Virus record (IMG/VR): IMGVR_UViG_3300045988_028876
Location: 1 to 42,997 of that record
DNA from: a virus
Length of the DNA stretch: 42,997 nucleotides
Direction: 5' to 3' (one strand)
Each line of letters begins with the position of its first letter. Position 1 is the stretch's first letter. The position numbers and the translations under genes are program-made. The notes under the pieces are model-generated. The model ran no database searches. It was not told the origin of the DNA and was given only the letters and a program-made list of their open reading frames with translations. Below, piece after piece: positions 1-8,389 of the stretch.

Positions 1-33
1 TCGGCTCGTCAGCCAACAGACCCAGGGCTTCCC
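1..33. repeat. 33-bp direct terminal repeat, copy 1 (identical to 42965..42997)
   Basis: TCGGCTCGTCAGCCAACAGACCCAGGGCTTCCC occurs exactly at both contig ends. Confidence 0.95.
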
Positions 34-187
34 GTGGGCGGGGCTTATGCGTCCCCACATAGGCCCCACACCGCTCACAGAGGTAGCAGTAGCCGCTCCC
101 GTACTCCCGGCCATAGACACGGGCATTAGAGCCATAAGTGACAGGCCCTCCGCAGATATTACAACGGGTCGGATTGGTGTTTATCAT
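1..187 (-). CDS. DUF3268-type zinc-ribbon protein, N-terminal part (continues at 42964..42705 across the junction; about 148 aa in total)
   Basis: ATG at 187 preceded by GGAGG. Sequence MINTNPTRCNICGG..CYLCERCGAYVGTHKPRP. The frame is continuous with ORF 42705..42980 once the repeat is collapsed (187-16 is divisible by 3). Confidence 0.7.
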   Translation of the reverse strand, partial: MINTNPTRCNICGGPVTYGSNARVYGREYGSGYCYLCERCGAYVGTHKPRPREALGLLADEP

Positions 188-323
188 GGCCTGCCTCCTT
201 CCTTTCCCACTCCCTGCACCGCTGATCCGGGTCTGTGAAGTCGGCGCGGTGCGGCGAATCACCGTTAAAGCACACGCCCTGGAAGTCCTCGTACCAGGCG
301 CAGGTGGCGCAACACTTAGTCAT
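159..323 (-). CDS. small Cys-rich protein (54 aa, below the ORF-track cutoff)
   Basis: ATG 323 overlaps the stop of 316..585 (ATGACTAA). Sequence MTKCCATCAWYEDFQGVCFNGDSPHR... The stop is at 159..161. Confidence 0.4.
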   Translation of the reverse strand: MTKCCATCAWYEDFQGVCFNGDSPHRADFTDPDQRCREWERKEAGHDKHQSDPL

Positions 324-585
324 GGGCGGTCTCCTTTCGCTTTCCTCTGCTGCAAAAACTGTCCGGTTGGCTTAATATAAACGCATTGGGCGGAAAACTA
401 TACAGCTTGCAGCGCATACCAAGAGCAATTCCCGTCCAGTGCTCACACTCCCGGCAATAGCATCCACCGGCGGCGTGGACGGGGTCGATGGTGGGCATTG
501 TTTTTACATCGCAAGTAACATTTTTACATCGTTCTTTGTATTCACAGTCACAGCAGAATAGTTGCTCCGCATCAACCAGTTTCAT
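316..585 (-). CDS. hypothetical Cys-rich phage protein (89 aa)
   Basis: ORF in the leftward early operon. Cys pairs CCDCEYKERC and CYCRECEHW. Overlaps both neighbouring genes. Confidence 0.6.
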   Translation of the reverse strand: MKLVDAEQLFCCDCEYKERCKNVTCDVKTMPTIDPVHAAGGCYCRECEHWTGIALGMRCKLYSFPPNAFILSQPDSFCSRGKRKETAHD

Positions 586-928
586 GTTCGTCCTCCTTCA
601 TCAAAGCGCCGCAGTTGGGGCAGTAGTTAAACGACAATACAGCAGTAGTCCAAAAAATCTGCCCACAAACAGAACAATCCACTCTTTGCTCAACTGCCGA
701 TCTGCTAATATTGGTTTTGTCTACCCATCTCCCGTGCCTCACCTCCGCAACGTCGGCGGCGGGGGCGTTTTCCAGTAGGCTGACAAATTCGGCCCGTTCC
801 TCCTGCTGGGTATGGTGGATAGCTTTCCACGTGTCGCTTTCAGTTTGCCCGGTGCGAATATGGTGCGCTGCCCGGTCAAGCATCGCCCTTGAATATTTAA
901 GGATAGCTTCCCGCTCTATGTAACTCAT
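572..928 (-). CDS. hypothetical protein with C-terminal zinc ribbon (118 aa)
   Basis: CSVCG...CPNCG near the C-terminus. 4-nt overlap with the upstream gene. Confidence 0.6.
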   Translation of the reverse strand: MSYIEREAILKYSRAMLDRAAHHIRTGQTESDTWKAIHHTQQEERAEFVSLLENAPAADVAEVRHGRWVDKTNISRSAVEQRVDCSVCGQIFWTTAVLSFNYCPNCGALMKEDEHETG

Positions 929-1314
929 TCCTGCTCCCTCCGTAGTGCGGCTTCGGCCTCGGAGCGGGTCAGAAAGACGGTTTTGCCCACGTCTCTCGAA
1001 TCAACGACGCCCATTATGTCTGTGTTGAGCATTGTCCGCCCGTTAAGCGTTGAGAGGTCTGTCACATGGAATGAGTAAACCCGCTTAGAAGGGTAAGTGT
1101 GAAACGTCCACAAAACATCATCCCTTTTGCACGGCAGCACCACGCACAGCCCCTTGCTGTACGCCTGGGCCAGTTCACATAGTCTTTCGTATGGGCAATA
1201 ACTCAGCAATTCTGTCAGTGCATCGATTACCATTTTTTGATAGCCCGTAAGATGGTCACACGCATCTTTGCTATTAAGAATTTCCTCCAGATATTCTAAA
1301 TGCGTAAGTTCCAT
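925..1314 (-). CDS. hypothetical protein (129 aa)
   Basis: Co-oriented ORF. Its start shares a TAATG overlap with the upstream small ORF. Confidence 0.6.
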   Translation of the reverse strand: MELTHLEYLEEILNSKDACDHLTGYQKMVIDALTELLSYCPYERLCELAQAYSKGLCVVLPCKRDDVLWTFHTYPSKRVYSFHVTDLSTLNGRTMLNTDIMGVVDSRDVGKTVFLTRSEAEAALRREQE

Positions 1315-1478
1315 TATTTTTCCAATCCCTCCATCCTGGCTTTCAGTTCGATGATCTCCTCCGGCTCCAGGCCCGTTTCCTCATATGCGGCGAGGCGGTC
1401 AACGACTTCACCGCTGTATTCCGTATCGCCGATTTTGAGCCGCCATTTTCCGCCGTCAAAGCATGTCAGCCGCTTCAT
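1314..1478 (-). CDS. small protein (54 aa, below the ORF-track cutoff)
   Basis: GGAGGA SD, then ATG 1478. Sequence MKRLTCFDGGKWRLKIGDTEYSGEVVDRLAAYEETGLEPEEI... Confidence 0.45.
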   Translation of the reverse strand: MKRLTCFDGGKWRLKIGDTEYSGEVVDRLAAYEETGLEPEEIIELKARMEGLEK

Positions 1479-1479
1479 G

Positions 1480-1926
1480 TTAGTCCTCCTTCGGGCCGCG
1501 CCTTAGATACTTCGGCATACACTCAGCCCACGGGCCTAAAATGCGTTCCGCCTCGTCCAGCGCCTCGGTTTCATAGCTATGCGGCATCTCCTTGTCACTG
1601 TTGACATAGGAAAACCACATCATGGCCAGTGCTCGCTTCACCTGCTCCAACTCCGCCCGCAGCTTCTCGTTTTCGTTTTCTGCTTTAACTGCCCTGTCAC
1701 GCATAATTCTGTAATCTTGTGCCCGCATATTTCCCAATTTAGAAAGTGTTTGCAGCTTCTCATTTTCGGCCTGGAGCGTGGAAAGGGCGGTGGCGGCGTC
1801 GGTTGTCATTCGTGGAATACACTTGCTCATATCCCCGCCAGCCCAATAGGCACATTTTTTGCATTGCTCCACTTTTGGGGTACTTCCACATAAATTTACT
1901 GCCTTAATCAGCTTTTCGTAGTCCAT
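1480..1926 (-). CDS. coiled-coil protein (148 aa)
   Basis: Start chosen at MDYEK (GGGGGAG 5 nt upstream) rather than the track start at 2001. Central heptad-like region ENEKLRAELEQ. Confidence 0.6.
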   Translation of the reverse strand: MDYEKLIKAVNLCGSTPKVEQCKKCAYWAGGDMSKCIPRMTTDAATALSTLQAENEKLQTLSKLGNMRAQDYRIMRDRAVKAENENEKLRAELEQVKRALAMMWFSYVNSDKEMPHSYETEALDEAERILGPWAECMPKYLRRGPKED

Positions 1927-2036
1927 CAGGTACTCCCCCTGTTTATGGTGATTTTCGGGCTTATCGCATACAGAAGAACCAAGGTCCCAAGCCAATGCCA
2001 AAAGTCTTGAAATATAAACTGCATAACTTCAACCAT
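1926..2036 (-). CDS. 36-aa hydrophobic peptide
   Basis: AAGGAGGA 6 nt upstream of ATG 2036. Sequence MVEVMQFIFQDFWHWLGTLVLLYAI... Its stop overlaps the next start (TGATG). Confidence 0.35.
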   Translation of the reverse strand: MVEVMQFIFQDFWHWLGTLVLLYAISPKITINRGST

Positions 2037-2051
2037 CAGATGTCCTCCTTG

Positions 2052-2060
2052 TGGTATAAT
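2052..2060 (+). promoter_or_regulatory. extended -10 promoter (TGgTATAAT) for 2080..2355
   Basis: Consensus TATAAT with a TG at -15/-14. The -35 is weak. It lies about 20 nt upstream of the SD GAGGTGA. Confidence 0.5.
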
Positions 2061-2079
2061 CGCCTTGAGGTGACCAAGC

Positions 2080-2355
2080 ATGAAAGATTATAAACTCGAA
2101 ATAATTCTCTTGAAATCAATCAAATCCGCTGGCTTCATCTTCGGAGACAGCTTTGATTCCGAAATGACTACCCTCATCGGAAAATTTGAGCACCCGGAAA
2201 CTCTTACCCGTGCTGACAAAGAAACCGCGCTGAACATCTTCCGGGACGGCTACAAAAACCTAGAGAATGAAGCGATAGAAAACCGCGATCAACTGCGCCT
2301 AATGTTTGCTCTGTGTTCCGCAAGCCTGGAACTGGAACTGCAGAGGCGTGAGTAG
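2080..2355 (+). CDS. plus-strand moron, hypothetical protein (91 aa)
   Basis: GAGGTGA SD. Opposite orientation to the surrounding early operon, with its own promoter and lower GC than the flanks. Confidence 0.55.
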   Translation: MKDYKLEIILLKSIKSAGFIFGDSFDSEMTTLIGKFEHPETLTRADKETALNIFRDGYKNLENEAIENRDQLRLMFALCSASLELELQRRE

Positions 2356-2359
2356 ATCC

Positions 2360-3175
2360 CTAAAACCATCGATAATTTAGTTCGTCATCCAGCATACTCC
2401 ACCGGAAAATCTTGTCGTCTGCCGCAATCAATCCCTCATCTTCTAACTTGAATCGTCGGTCGAAGTCGTGGACGGTTTTCCCAGGCACATATCCGACCGT
2501 TTCAAAAAAGACCTCCCGCTCTCCATCTTCGGTTATGATTTCCCTCTGTTTGGTTATCGAACGACCCGGTTTGAACGTCACCGGGCTGTCCTTGTCCCAT
2601 TTGAGCATCAGCGCCCACAACTCCGGGTAGTTCTTGCGCAGGAGCCGCAATTGGCTTACACCCTGGTTGTGACAAAACCAGCATCCGCCGCGGGTCGCTG
2701 TGGTGTAGATGGGAGACAGCAGGCCGTTGTCCTCGCACCACTGCCGGCAATCGGACTCTGTCCAACCCAGCTCCACCAGCGGGGATTTTTTAGTATCAGA
2801 TAGGCTGTGAAAGCGTGCAGGTTCGTCGGCGGTGATTCCGATGTACTGGATGGCATCTCTCGGGAGCCGTCCCAGGACGTGCTGCTTTAGACGGCTATTA
2901 CACCAGGGGCCTCTCTGATAGGGCCATCCATAGATTTTCCCACCACGCTCTCCGTCGCTCTCGCAGGTCATGTAGAACACGTCCTGATAACAGCGTTTCG
3001 CTCTCCAGTGCTCCACCTCAATGCCCCACCGTGCCTTGATGATGCGGTCTGCCTTGGCCTTAAACTCCACCATCGGCGGCAGGTCGGAAGGGATGGCGTC
3101 CGTAGCCCAAACCTCAGCGTGCACGATGCGGTCAAGGGGCCAGCCCAGTTGCTCTATAGCCCCCAGGCAGGCCAA
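2360..3175 (-). CDS. PAPS reductase-family (PP-loop ATPase-like) protein, N-terminally eroded
   Basis: Motifs IGITADEPARF and RGGCWFCHNQ are typical of phage PAPS-reductase-like proteins. Only a TTG start (AAGGA SD) is available. The degenerate PP-loop LADKDS lies upstream of that start. Confidence 0.75.
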   Translation of the reverse strand: MACLGAIEQLGWPLDRIVHAEVWATDAIPSDLPPMVEFKAKADRIIKARWGIEVEHWRAKRCYQDVFYMTCESDGERGGKIYGWPYQRGPWCNSRLKQHVLGRLPRDAIQYIGITADEPARFHSLSDTKKSPLVELGWTESDCRQWCEDNGLLSPIYTTATRGGCWFCHNQGVSQLRLLRKNYPELWALMLKWDKDSPVTFKPGRSITKQREIITEDGEREVFFETVGYVPGKTVHDFDRRFKLEDEGLIAADDKIFRWSMLDDELNYRWF

Positions 3176-3211
3176 ACTGTCCTTGTCAGCTAACCATAGC
3201 TGAGACTTAAA

Positions 3212-3728
3212 ATGTGCTCAGCCATGATATACGCGCACCCCCTTTGATCTGTATCCACCAACAGGGATTTTGGGCGTAGTGGCAATTTGATTTAAACTCC
3301 AGCCCTTATGTTTTCTGTCATAAAACATGGCCTTTGATATTCCAAATTTATCGCAAAAGGTATCTACCGTATAAAGGTCACCGAGATACAAGAATTTCAA
3401 AACATTTCTTTTGTTTTTTTGCTGCTCTTGAATAGTAACCCATCTGCAATTTTCAGGGGAATATGGTCCGTGTGAATTAACCCTGTCTATTGTTAACCCG
3501 CTCTTATATCCGTTCTTCAATGCCCATTCTCTAAAATTCGCAAAATTATCCCATTCTTCGCATATTTTTACCCCATCCATCCCATACCATCTGTAATCAT
3601 GCGACTTACTATTATTGCACCTTTGACGCATTGATTTCCAAACATTATAAAGTGGAGTTCCTGATCCTCCGTGTTTAATTGGCGCCATTCTTTTCACCTC
3701 CATAACCTCAGAGATAGTATGTGCTCAG
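3212..3728 (-). mobile_element. free-standing homing-endonuclease-like cassette bounded by 10-bp direct repeats
   Basis: ATGTGCTCAG occurs at 3212..3221 and 3719..3728. The interior is AT-rich (about 28-43% GC in the 60-nt stretches I counted) against about 60% in the flanks. Confidence 0.6.
3218..3688 (-). CDS. HNH/AP2-type homing-endonuclease-like DNA-binding protein (156 aa)
   Basis: GGAGGTGA SD 5 nt before ATG 3688. Motifs GTPLYNVWKSMRQRCNN..YRWYG and LTIDRVNSHGPYSPENCRWVT (HNH-like, with Arg where the His is expected). Confidence 0.6.
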   Translation of the reverse strand: MAPIKHGGSGTPLYNVWKSMRQRCNNSKSHDYRWYGMDGVKICEEWDNFANFREWALKNGYKSGLTIDRVNSHGPYSPENCRWVTIQEQQKNKRNVLKFLYLGDLYTVDTFCDKFGISKAMFYDRKHKGWSLNQIATTPKIPVGGYRSKGVRVYHG

Positions 3729-4072
3729 GCATCGGCCTCTCCCTCTGGCGGTCGGCGGTAAAATGTATCACGGTAAAACAATTCCGTCTGAGCGAATCCC
3801 TTTGACGTAAAAAACCATATTTGTTTATATGGTTCGTCCTTAACGGTGCTTGGGAATATCCAGCCATATTTCACACTATAAACCGGATTGACTTTTGCTT
3901 CCGATTTTAGTTCTTCCCACGTCAGCGGCTTGTTCGGCGGGGTGAGGGTGGGCGCATGGACCACCATCTGCATAACGCGCCGCAGGATCGATTTTTCCTT
4001 CCCATCCTCGGTGTCGTTGTACCATGAGACGAGCGCGTTATTTAACGCATATGCGTCAATCAGTCTTAACAT
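3725..4072 (-). CDS. hypothetical protein (115 aa)
   Basis: Co-oriented ORF. Its stop lies inside the right copy of the 10-bp repeat. Confidence 0.6.
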   Translation of the reverse strand: MLRLIDAYALNNALVSWYNDTEDGKEKSILRRVMQMVVHAPTLTPPNKPLTWEELKSEAKVNPVYSVKYGWIFPSTVKDEPYKQIWFFTSKGFAQTELFYRDTFYRRPPEGEADA

Positions 4073-4244
4073 TGGTTAGCGCCTCCACTCTCTCCATCTG
4101 TTTCTTCCACGCCCACGATGTAAGCGGCGTTCCGCACTTTGGGCAGTAAACAACCCCCTTTTCAATCCAAGACGGCCAGTTAGCTTGATCTCGGCATTTC
4201 TCACATCCTGTCCACACCTTCTCCACCTGCTCCCGTGTAATCAT
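4056..4244 (-). CDS. small zinc-ribbon protein (62 aa)
   Basis: CEKC...CPKCG. ATGA-type overlap with the methyltransferase gene. Confidence 0.55.
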   Translation of the reverse strand: MITREQVEKVWTGCEKCRDQANWPSWIEKGVVYCPKCGTPLTSWAWKKQMERVEALTNVKTD

Positions 4245-5050
4245 TCAGCACCTTCCAATCTGCTCTTTGCGACCTCGAATATCGCAAGGTCGTTTTCCAT
4301 TCCGATGTATTTCCTATCGGTCTGTAAACAAGCTACTCCGATAGACCCGCTCCCCATGCAGCAATCTAGCACTGTGTCTCCTGCGTTTGTGTAAGTAAGT
4401 ACAATCTGTTCGCATAGCCACACCGGCTTTTGCGTTGGATGCAGGCATAACTTTTGTTTGTCGCTCGGCCCATATAAGACATCCCTCGGATATCTGTCTG
4501 TGCTGTCATACCCAGTTTTCGCGTAATCATGATATACTTCCCCCGTCCTACAGTTCCGCTTATGTGCCGCCGTTGAAATTTTCCGTTTGTGTCCGTGAGT
4601 TATCTGTGGATTGTAGGTCGGCGGATGGTCATAAAATATCAGGATGTTTTCGTGAGCTTTCATCGGCATTTTTTTGGCGTTCAGGTGTCCGGTTGCCTGC
4701 GTCTTTTCCCATATCCATTCGTATCGTAGCTCCTGCAGGTTACTTACACCGAGCACCTTGTCAAATGGCGTTTGAGCGAACAGAGCCTTACAGCCGCCGG
4801 GGCGGACTATTCGTTTTGCTTGTTGCCAAAACCGTTCCAAATCAATCGGGGTATCCCACCTGCAGTTTGTGGTCCCGTATGGCAAATCGGTAAAGAGAAG
4901 ATCAACGCTGTTTTCCGGCAGAGCAGGCATAAGGTCAAGGCAGTCGCCGAATAGCAGCACCCCCGCCTCCGTCAGCCGCCGAGCCGCCTCGTGATCGCCC
5001 AACAGGGCTAATTTGATGTCATCCATTGCTTTCTCAGCCTCCGCCAGCAT
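4241..5050 (-). CDS. orphan DNA methyltransferase (N6-adenine/N4-cytosine, beta-class motif order)
   Basis: TDLPYG (DPPY-like motif IV) precedes HPTQKP and DCCMGSGS (FxGxG motif I). No adjacent restriction enzyme gene. The start is uncertain (5050 or 5026). Confidence 0.88.
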   Translation of the reverse strand: MLAEAEKAMDDIKLALLGDHEAARRLTEAGVLLFGDCLDLMPALPENSVDLLFTDLPYGTTNCRWDTPIDLERFWQQAKRIVRPGGCKALFAQTPFDKVLGVSNLQELRYEWIWEKTQATGHLNAKKMPMKAHENILIFYDHPPTYNPQITHGHKRKISTAAHKRNCRTGEVYHDYAKTGYDSTDRYPRDVLYGPSDKQKLCLHPTQKPVWLCEQIVLTYTNAGDTVLDCCMGSGSIGVACLQTDRKYIGMENDLAIFEVAKSRLEGAE

Positions 5051-5116
5051 CTCCTAAACCATTCGTTCCACTTTGCGCAGTTCTCCGTTCTACAGGTTTC
5101 CGCTTTTTCACAGGTT

Positions 5117-5464
5117 TCACAGGGGCTGCCTTCCATAGCTGATTTTCACCACCCAATCATACCGCTTCTCAAACGGGATCAGCTTGTCCCCACATATCCG
5201 GGCCAGGTTCTCATCCAGCTTTTCCCTGCAATAGTCCGCGTTTGCCTTCTTGGTTAGAGCGTCGGCGTACTTGTCAAAATTCGCCTCTACCCCATGCAGC
5301 ACCCTCAAAAGCCGCTCATACCCAAACGTGTCCTTGCCCATGACCTCCGGGTCGTTGAGCGTCAGTGAGACCATGTCCATCATGAATTGGGTGTATGTCT
5401 GCTGTACAGCAATCTGGATGGCCTCCCGCTCCGCCTTGAGCCGGTCTGAGAAATTCTTACCCAT
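5117..5464 (-). CDS. hypothetical protein (115 aa)
   Basis: Start at MGKNFSD, with an ATGGGTAA overlap on the resolvase stop. The longer track ORF is rejected. Confidence 0.6.
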   Translation of the reverse strand: MGKNFSDRLKAEREAIQIAVQQTYTQFMMDMVSLTLNDPEVMGKDTFGYERLLRVLHGVEANFDKYADALTKKANADYCREKLDENLARICGDKLIPFEKRYDWVVKISYGRQPL

Positions 5465-5783
5465 CTCTTGCCTCCCACTCCCGGTATATAGCCATAAAGT
5501 CCTTCGCATCCAGGCAAACCACCCACGGCCTGTTGTTGGACCTGTGAAATACAATGGGTATCTCCCCCGGCTTTGCGTCCCGCTTGGCCTGTCCAAGAGC
5601 CTCCCGCATGTTCATGCGTTCCACATACTTGCACTCGATGTGCAGACCAGGAAGTCCCACGATGTCCGCCGCATCCCCGGTGTTCCCGCAGTATTGCGCC
5701 GTCCTGCGGCACTCATATCCCTCATCCCGCAAGAAGCGCACAAGGCTCAGTTCTCCACGCTTGCCCTTCTGTTTGCTATTCAT
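5457..5783 (-). CDS. Hjc-like PD-(D/E)XK Holliday-junction resolvase
   Basis: KGKRGELSLVRFLRDEGYECRR...DIVG...IECK matches the G-x-x-E...D...E-x-K nuclease pattern. Confidence 0.65.
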   Translation of the reverse strand: MNSKQKGKRGELSLVRFLRDEGYECRRTAQYCGNTGDAADIVGLPGLHIECKYVERMNMREALGQAKRDAKPGEIPIVFHRSNNRPWVVCLDAKDFMAIYREWEARDG

Positions 5784-5932
5784 TCTTCCATCACCACCCG
5801 CAGCAGCGCCACCGCCAGTTTGATGCGCTCCGCCGCGTCCAGATAGTCCTTCCCCGTGGCGGAGAGCAGCGCAATATCCGCCTGCCGTTTGGCCTCATCC
5901 AGCACCCGCCGCCTTGCTTCGTTTCGCTCCAT
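5780..5932 (-). CDS. small helical protein (50 aa)
   Basis: MERNEARRRVLDEAKRQADIALL... ATGA overlap with the resolvase. It also overlaps the helicase 3' end by 38 nt, so it is uncertain. Confidence 0.3.
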   Translation of the reverse strand: MERNEARRRVLDEAKRQADIALLSATGKDYLDAAERIKLAVALLRVVMEE

Positions 5933-7226
5933 CCAATTTCATCTCCCAGGTATATACTTTTCGGTCCCCGCCGCCTGCGGGATAGAAGCGCCTATCACAC
6001 TCATTGAAGTCCAGCTTCACTGGCCCCAGCGCGCCAAACTCCCGATTTTTCAATACCGTCAGGACCGTAGAGCACCCGACCTGACCCAAGCGGTCCTCCG
6101 GCACCCGCTCCACCTTGAGCACATTGTCTGCCCGGTTGGTGATGTCACCGGAGCCGCCCACGTCGTCCGCTTCCACGGAAGCCTTTCCGGTTTTTCTCGG
6201 GTGAGCCACCAGATGAACGTGGACATCTCTGCCTTTGGCAAAGGCCACCAGCCGCCCGGCAAATTCGCTCTGCGCCTGCCAGACCCCCAACTGGGCCTCC
6301 TGCTTGAGCCGTGCCGTCATGATGTTGTCCACCAAGAATGTGTCGCAGCCATACCGCCGCCGCGCGTACTCAAACAACCCCAGGATGTTGTCCTCGTCAT
6401 GGGCGTTGTCCTTGCGGATGTCCGCCAAGAACAGACAGCCATCCCACCACCTGTCGATTTCCCTTCTGGCCTCTCCATCCACGGCGAAGATCTTCCGGTC
6501 CGTTCCAGGGGCCGTCCCTGTGGTCACATAGCGGTAGCCTGCCGCCTGCTGCAGCATGGCGAGCTTAAACTGGGCCGCTGGCATCTCCCCAGAGTACACG
6601 CATACCCGGTGGGACTGGTTCACCGCGTCCAGCAGCACTTGGCTCAGAAGTGTGCTCTTGCCCTCGCCCCGCTTTCCGGTCCATACAGACAGCTCCCCGC
6701 CGGAAAACCCGCCAATCATGCTATCCAGCCCCTGGATGCCAGACAATACCCGCCTGGCGTTTTTCCGTGCCTCGGTGTCCACATCCGCCAGGTTGATTAA
6801 CCCCTGCACTGGCACCTCCTGCGCCATAAAAAGCAGTTCTCCGATGTTCCGGTATCCCCGTTTGTCGATGTACTCACGGACATTCTGACACCCTTTGAAC
6901 GCCTCCGCCGCAGGCAGCAGAACAGGCATCTGCCAACGGGCGGACAGCTCTTCCGCCGCTTCCGCCCGCCCCGGGCTGGGCGGGGCCGCCAGGAATACAT
7001 AAGGCCATTGCTGCGCCCACCCGGCACAGGCTCCCACGTCATCCCAGCTTGCAAGGGCCGACCTGCATACCGCGTTTACCGCCACAGCCTGCACATCCTC
7101 CGGGTCCAATAACCACCACAGGCCCGTCGCTTGGGCCGGGTCCATGAACTCCGGGCGGTAGAGCAGGACGTTATCTCCGAGACAGCTCGTCCCAGTAGTC
7201 ACCAAGTCCACCTCCGTCCAGTTCAT
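5895..7226 (-). CDS. DnaB-family replicative helicase (RecA-type ATPase domain)
   Basis: Walker A GKRGEGKST, Walker B FLVDNIM, and VHLVAHPRK. The start could be 7145 instead, to avoid a 56-nt overlap. Confidence 0.8.
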   Translation of the reverse strand: MNWTEVDLVTTGTSCLGDNVLLYRPEFMDPAQATGLWWLLDPEDVQAVAVNAVCRSALASWDDVGACAGWAQQWPYVFLAAPPSPGRAEAAEELSARWQMPVLLPAAEAFKGCQNVREYIDKRGYRNIGELLFMAQEVPVQGLINLADVDTEARKNARRVLSGIQGLDSMIGGFSGGELSVWTGKRGEGKSTLLSQVLLDAVNQSHRVCVYSGEMPAAQFKLAMLQQAAGYRYVTTGTAPGTDRKIFAVDGEARREIDRWWDGCLFLADIRKDNAHDEDNILGLFEYARRRYGCDTFLVDNIMTARLKQEAQLGVWQAQSEFAGRLVAFAKGRDVHVHLVAHPRKTGKASVEADDVGGSGDITNRADNVLKVERVPEDRLGQVGCSTVLTVLKNREFGALGPVKLDFNECDRRFYPAGGGDRKVYTWEMKLDGAKRSKAAGAG

Positions 7227-7764
7227 CCTCCCACCGCCCCTGGTTCAGCCAAGTGGCTGGATTTGGGATGTACTTCCCGTTATCCTTCATCCATTGGCCG
7301 CTGTGCTTTTGCGCTTCAATGGCCTGTAATAGTACATTGAGCGGGGTCTTTACCCGCCTGAACGCATTGAGCGCCGCCTTTTTCCCGACCTTCTTGGGGT
7401 AAGCCGCCCAAAACAATTCGAACGTAGCCCCCTGGGGGGTATGGGGGGACATATTGTCCTTGTCTTTGTCCTTGTCTTTGGTATGTTTCGTATCCGCTCG
7501 TATACGTTCGCATACGTCCGTATTCCATCGTACAGACACATTTTTAGCGTTCTGGCGGCATCTGGCCTCATACTTTTCTCTGTCTCTGTCTATCTGTGAC
7601 TGCCAACTCGGAAAAAGAAACCGTTCGTTCCCACGAAGCTCTGGCACTTCGCCAGTCATGCTGTATTGTAGGCATGCCTTGAGAAGTCGCCCACACTCCG
7701 CGTCGTTGAGGGGTTCTAATGCCTTTAGGTAGCTGTGATAGACATTGAACGAATCAAGTGCCAT
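7171..7764 (-). CDS. replication initiator / replisome-organizer-like protein
   Basis: FELFWAAYPKKVGKKAALNAF and YIPNPATWLNQGRWED are motifs common in phage replication proteins. It sits upstream of the helicase. Confidence 0.6.
   Translation of the reverse strand: MALDSFNVYHSYLKALEPLNDAECGRLLKACLQYSMTGEVPELRGNERFLFPSWQSQIDRDREKYEARCRQNAKNVSVRWNTDVCERIRADTKHTKDKDKDKDNMSPHTPQGATFELFWAAYPKKVGKKAALNAFRRVKTPLNVLLQAIEAQKHSGQWMKDNGKYIPNPATWLNQGRWEDELDGGGLGDYWDELSRR
7456..7479. repeat. 2 x 12-nt tandem repeat (GTCCTTGTCTTT) encoding a KDKDKDKD linker
   Basis: Read directly from the sequence, inside 7171..7764. Confidence 0.9.
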
Positions 7765-7776
7765 TGTCCCACCGCC

Positions 7777-8167
<391 letters not shown>

Positions 8168-8175
<8 letters not shown>

Positions 8176-8389
8176 GGGGTTCTTCCTCCAATCTGTACTC
8201 AGCGTAGCTCACGCTCTCGCCGTAACGGTTCTTCCCGGACACCATCCGCCGGGTGATGCGGTGCCCCTCATGCCGCAGGTCCAAAATTCTTGCCCCCAGC
8301 CGCATGATGCCCAGGTCGTTGTATGCCTGCAATGGGTTGATGCTCCCAAAATCCCGCATGTACCGGAGCACCCGGTCAGTCTGCTTCAA
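8168..8389 (-). CDS. winged-helix DNA-binding protein (HTH_39-like, 73 aa)
   Basis: TTG start with GGGAGG 7 nt upstream. Sequence LRYMRDFGSINPLQAYNDLGIMRLGARILDLRHEGH. Confidence 0.55.

Noticed and set aside
3218-3220. TGA read-through or recoding that would fuse the HNH-like and PAPS-reductase-like ORFs
   Set aside because: TGA terminates clearly complete genes elsewhere (terL at 36222, the Ref-like gene at 8376). The two ORFs differ sharply in GC, and the stop lies within the 10-bp insertion repeat.
5856-6800. 314-aa plus-strand ORF
   Set aside because: It is antisense to the DnaB-like helicase gene. It is R/P/A/L-rich with no SD. This is a typical shadow ORF of a GC-rich coding region.
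7456-7479. Tandem 12-nt repeat as a possible regulatory or variable-number element
   Set aside because: It has only two copies, is in frame, and encodes a KD linker inside the replication protein. It is most simply a low-complexity spacer.
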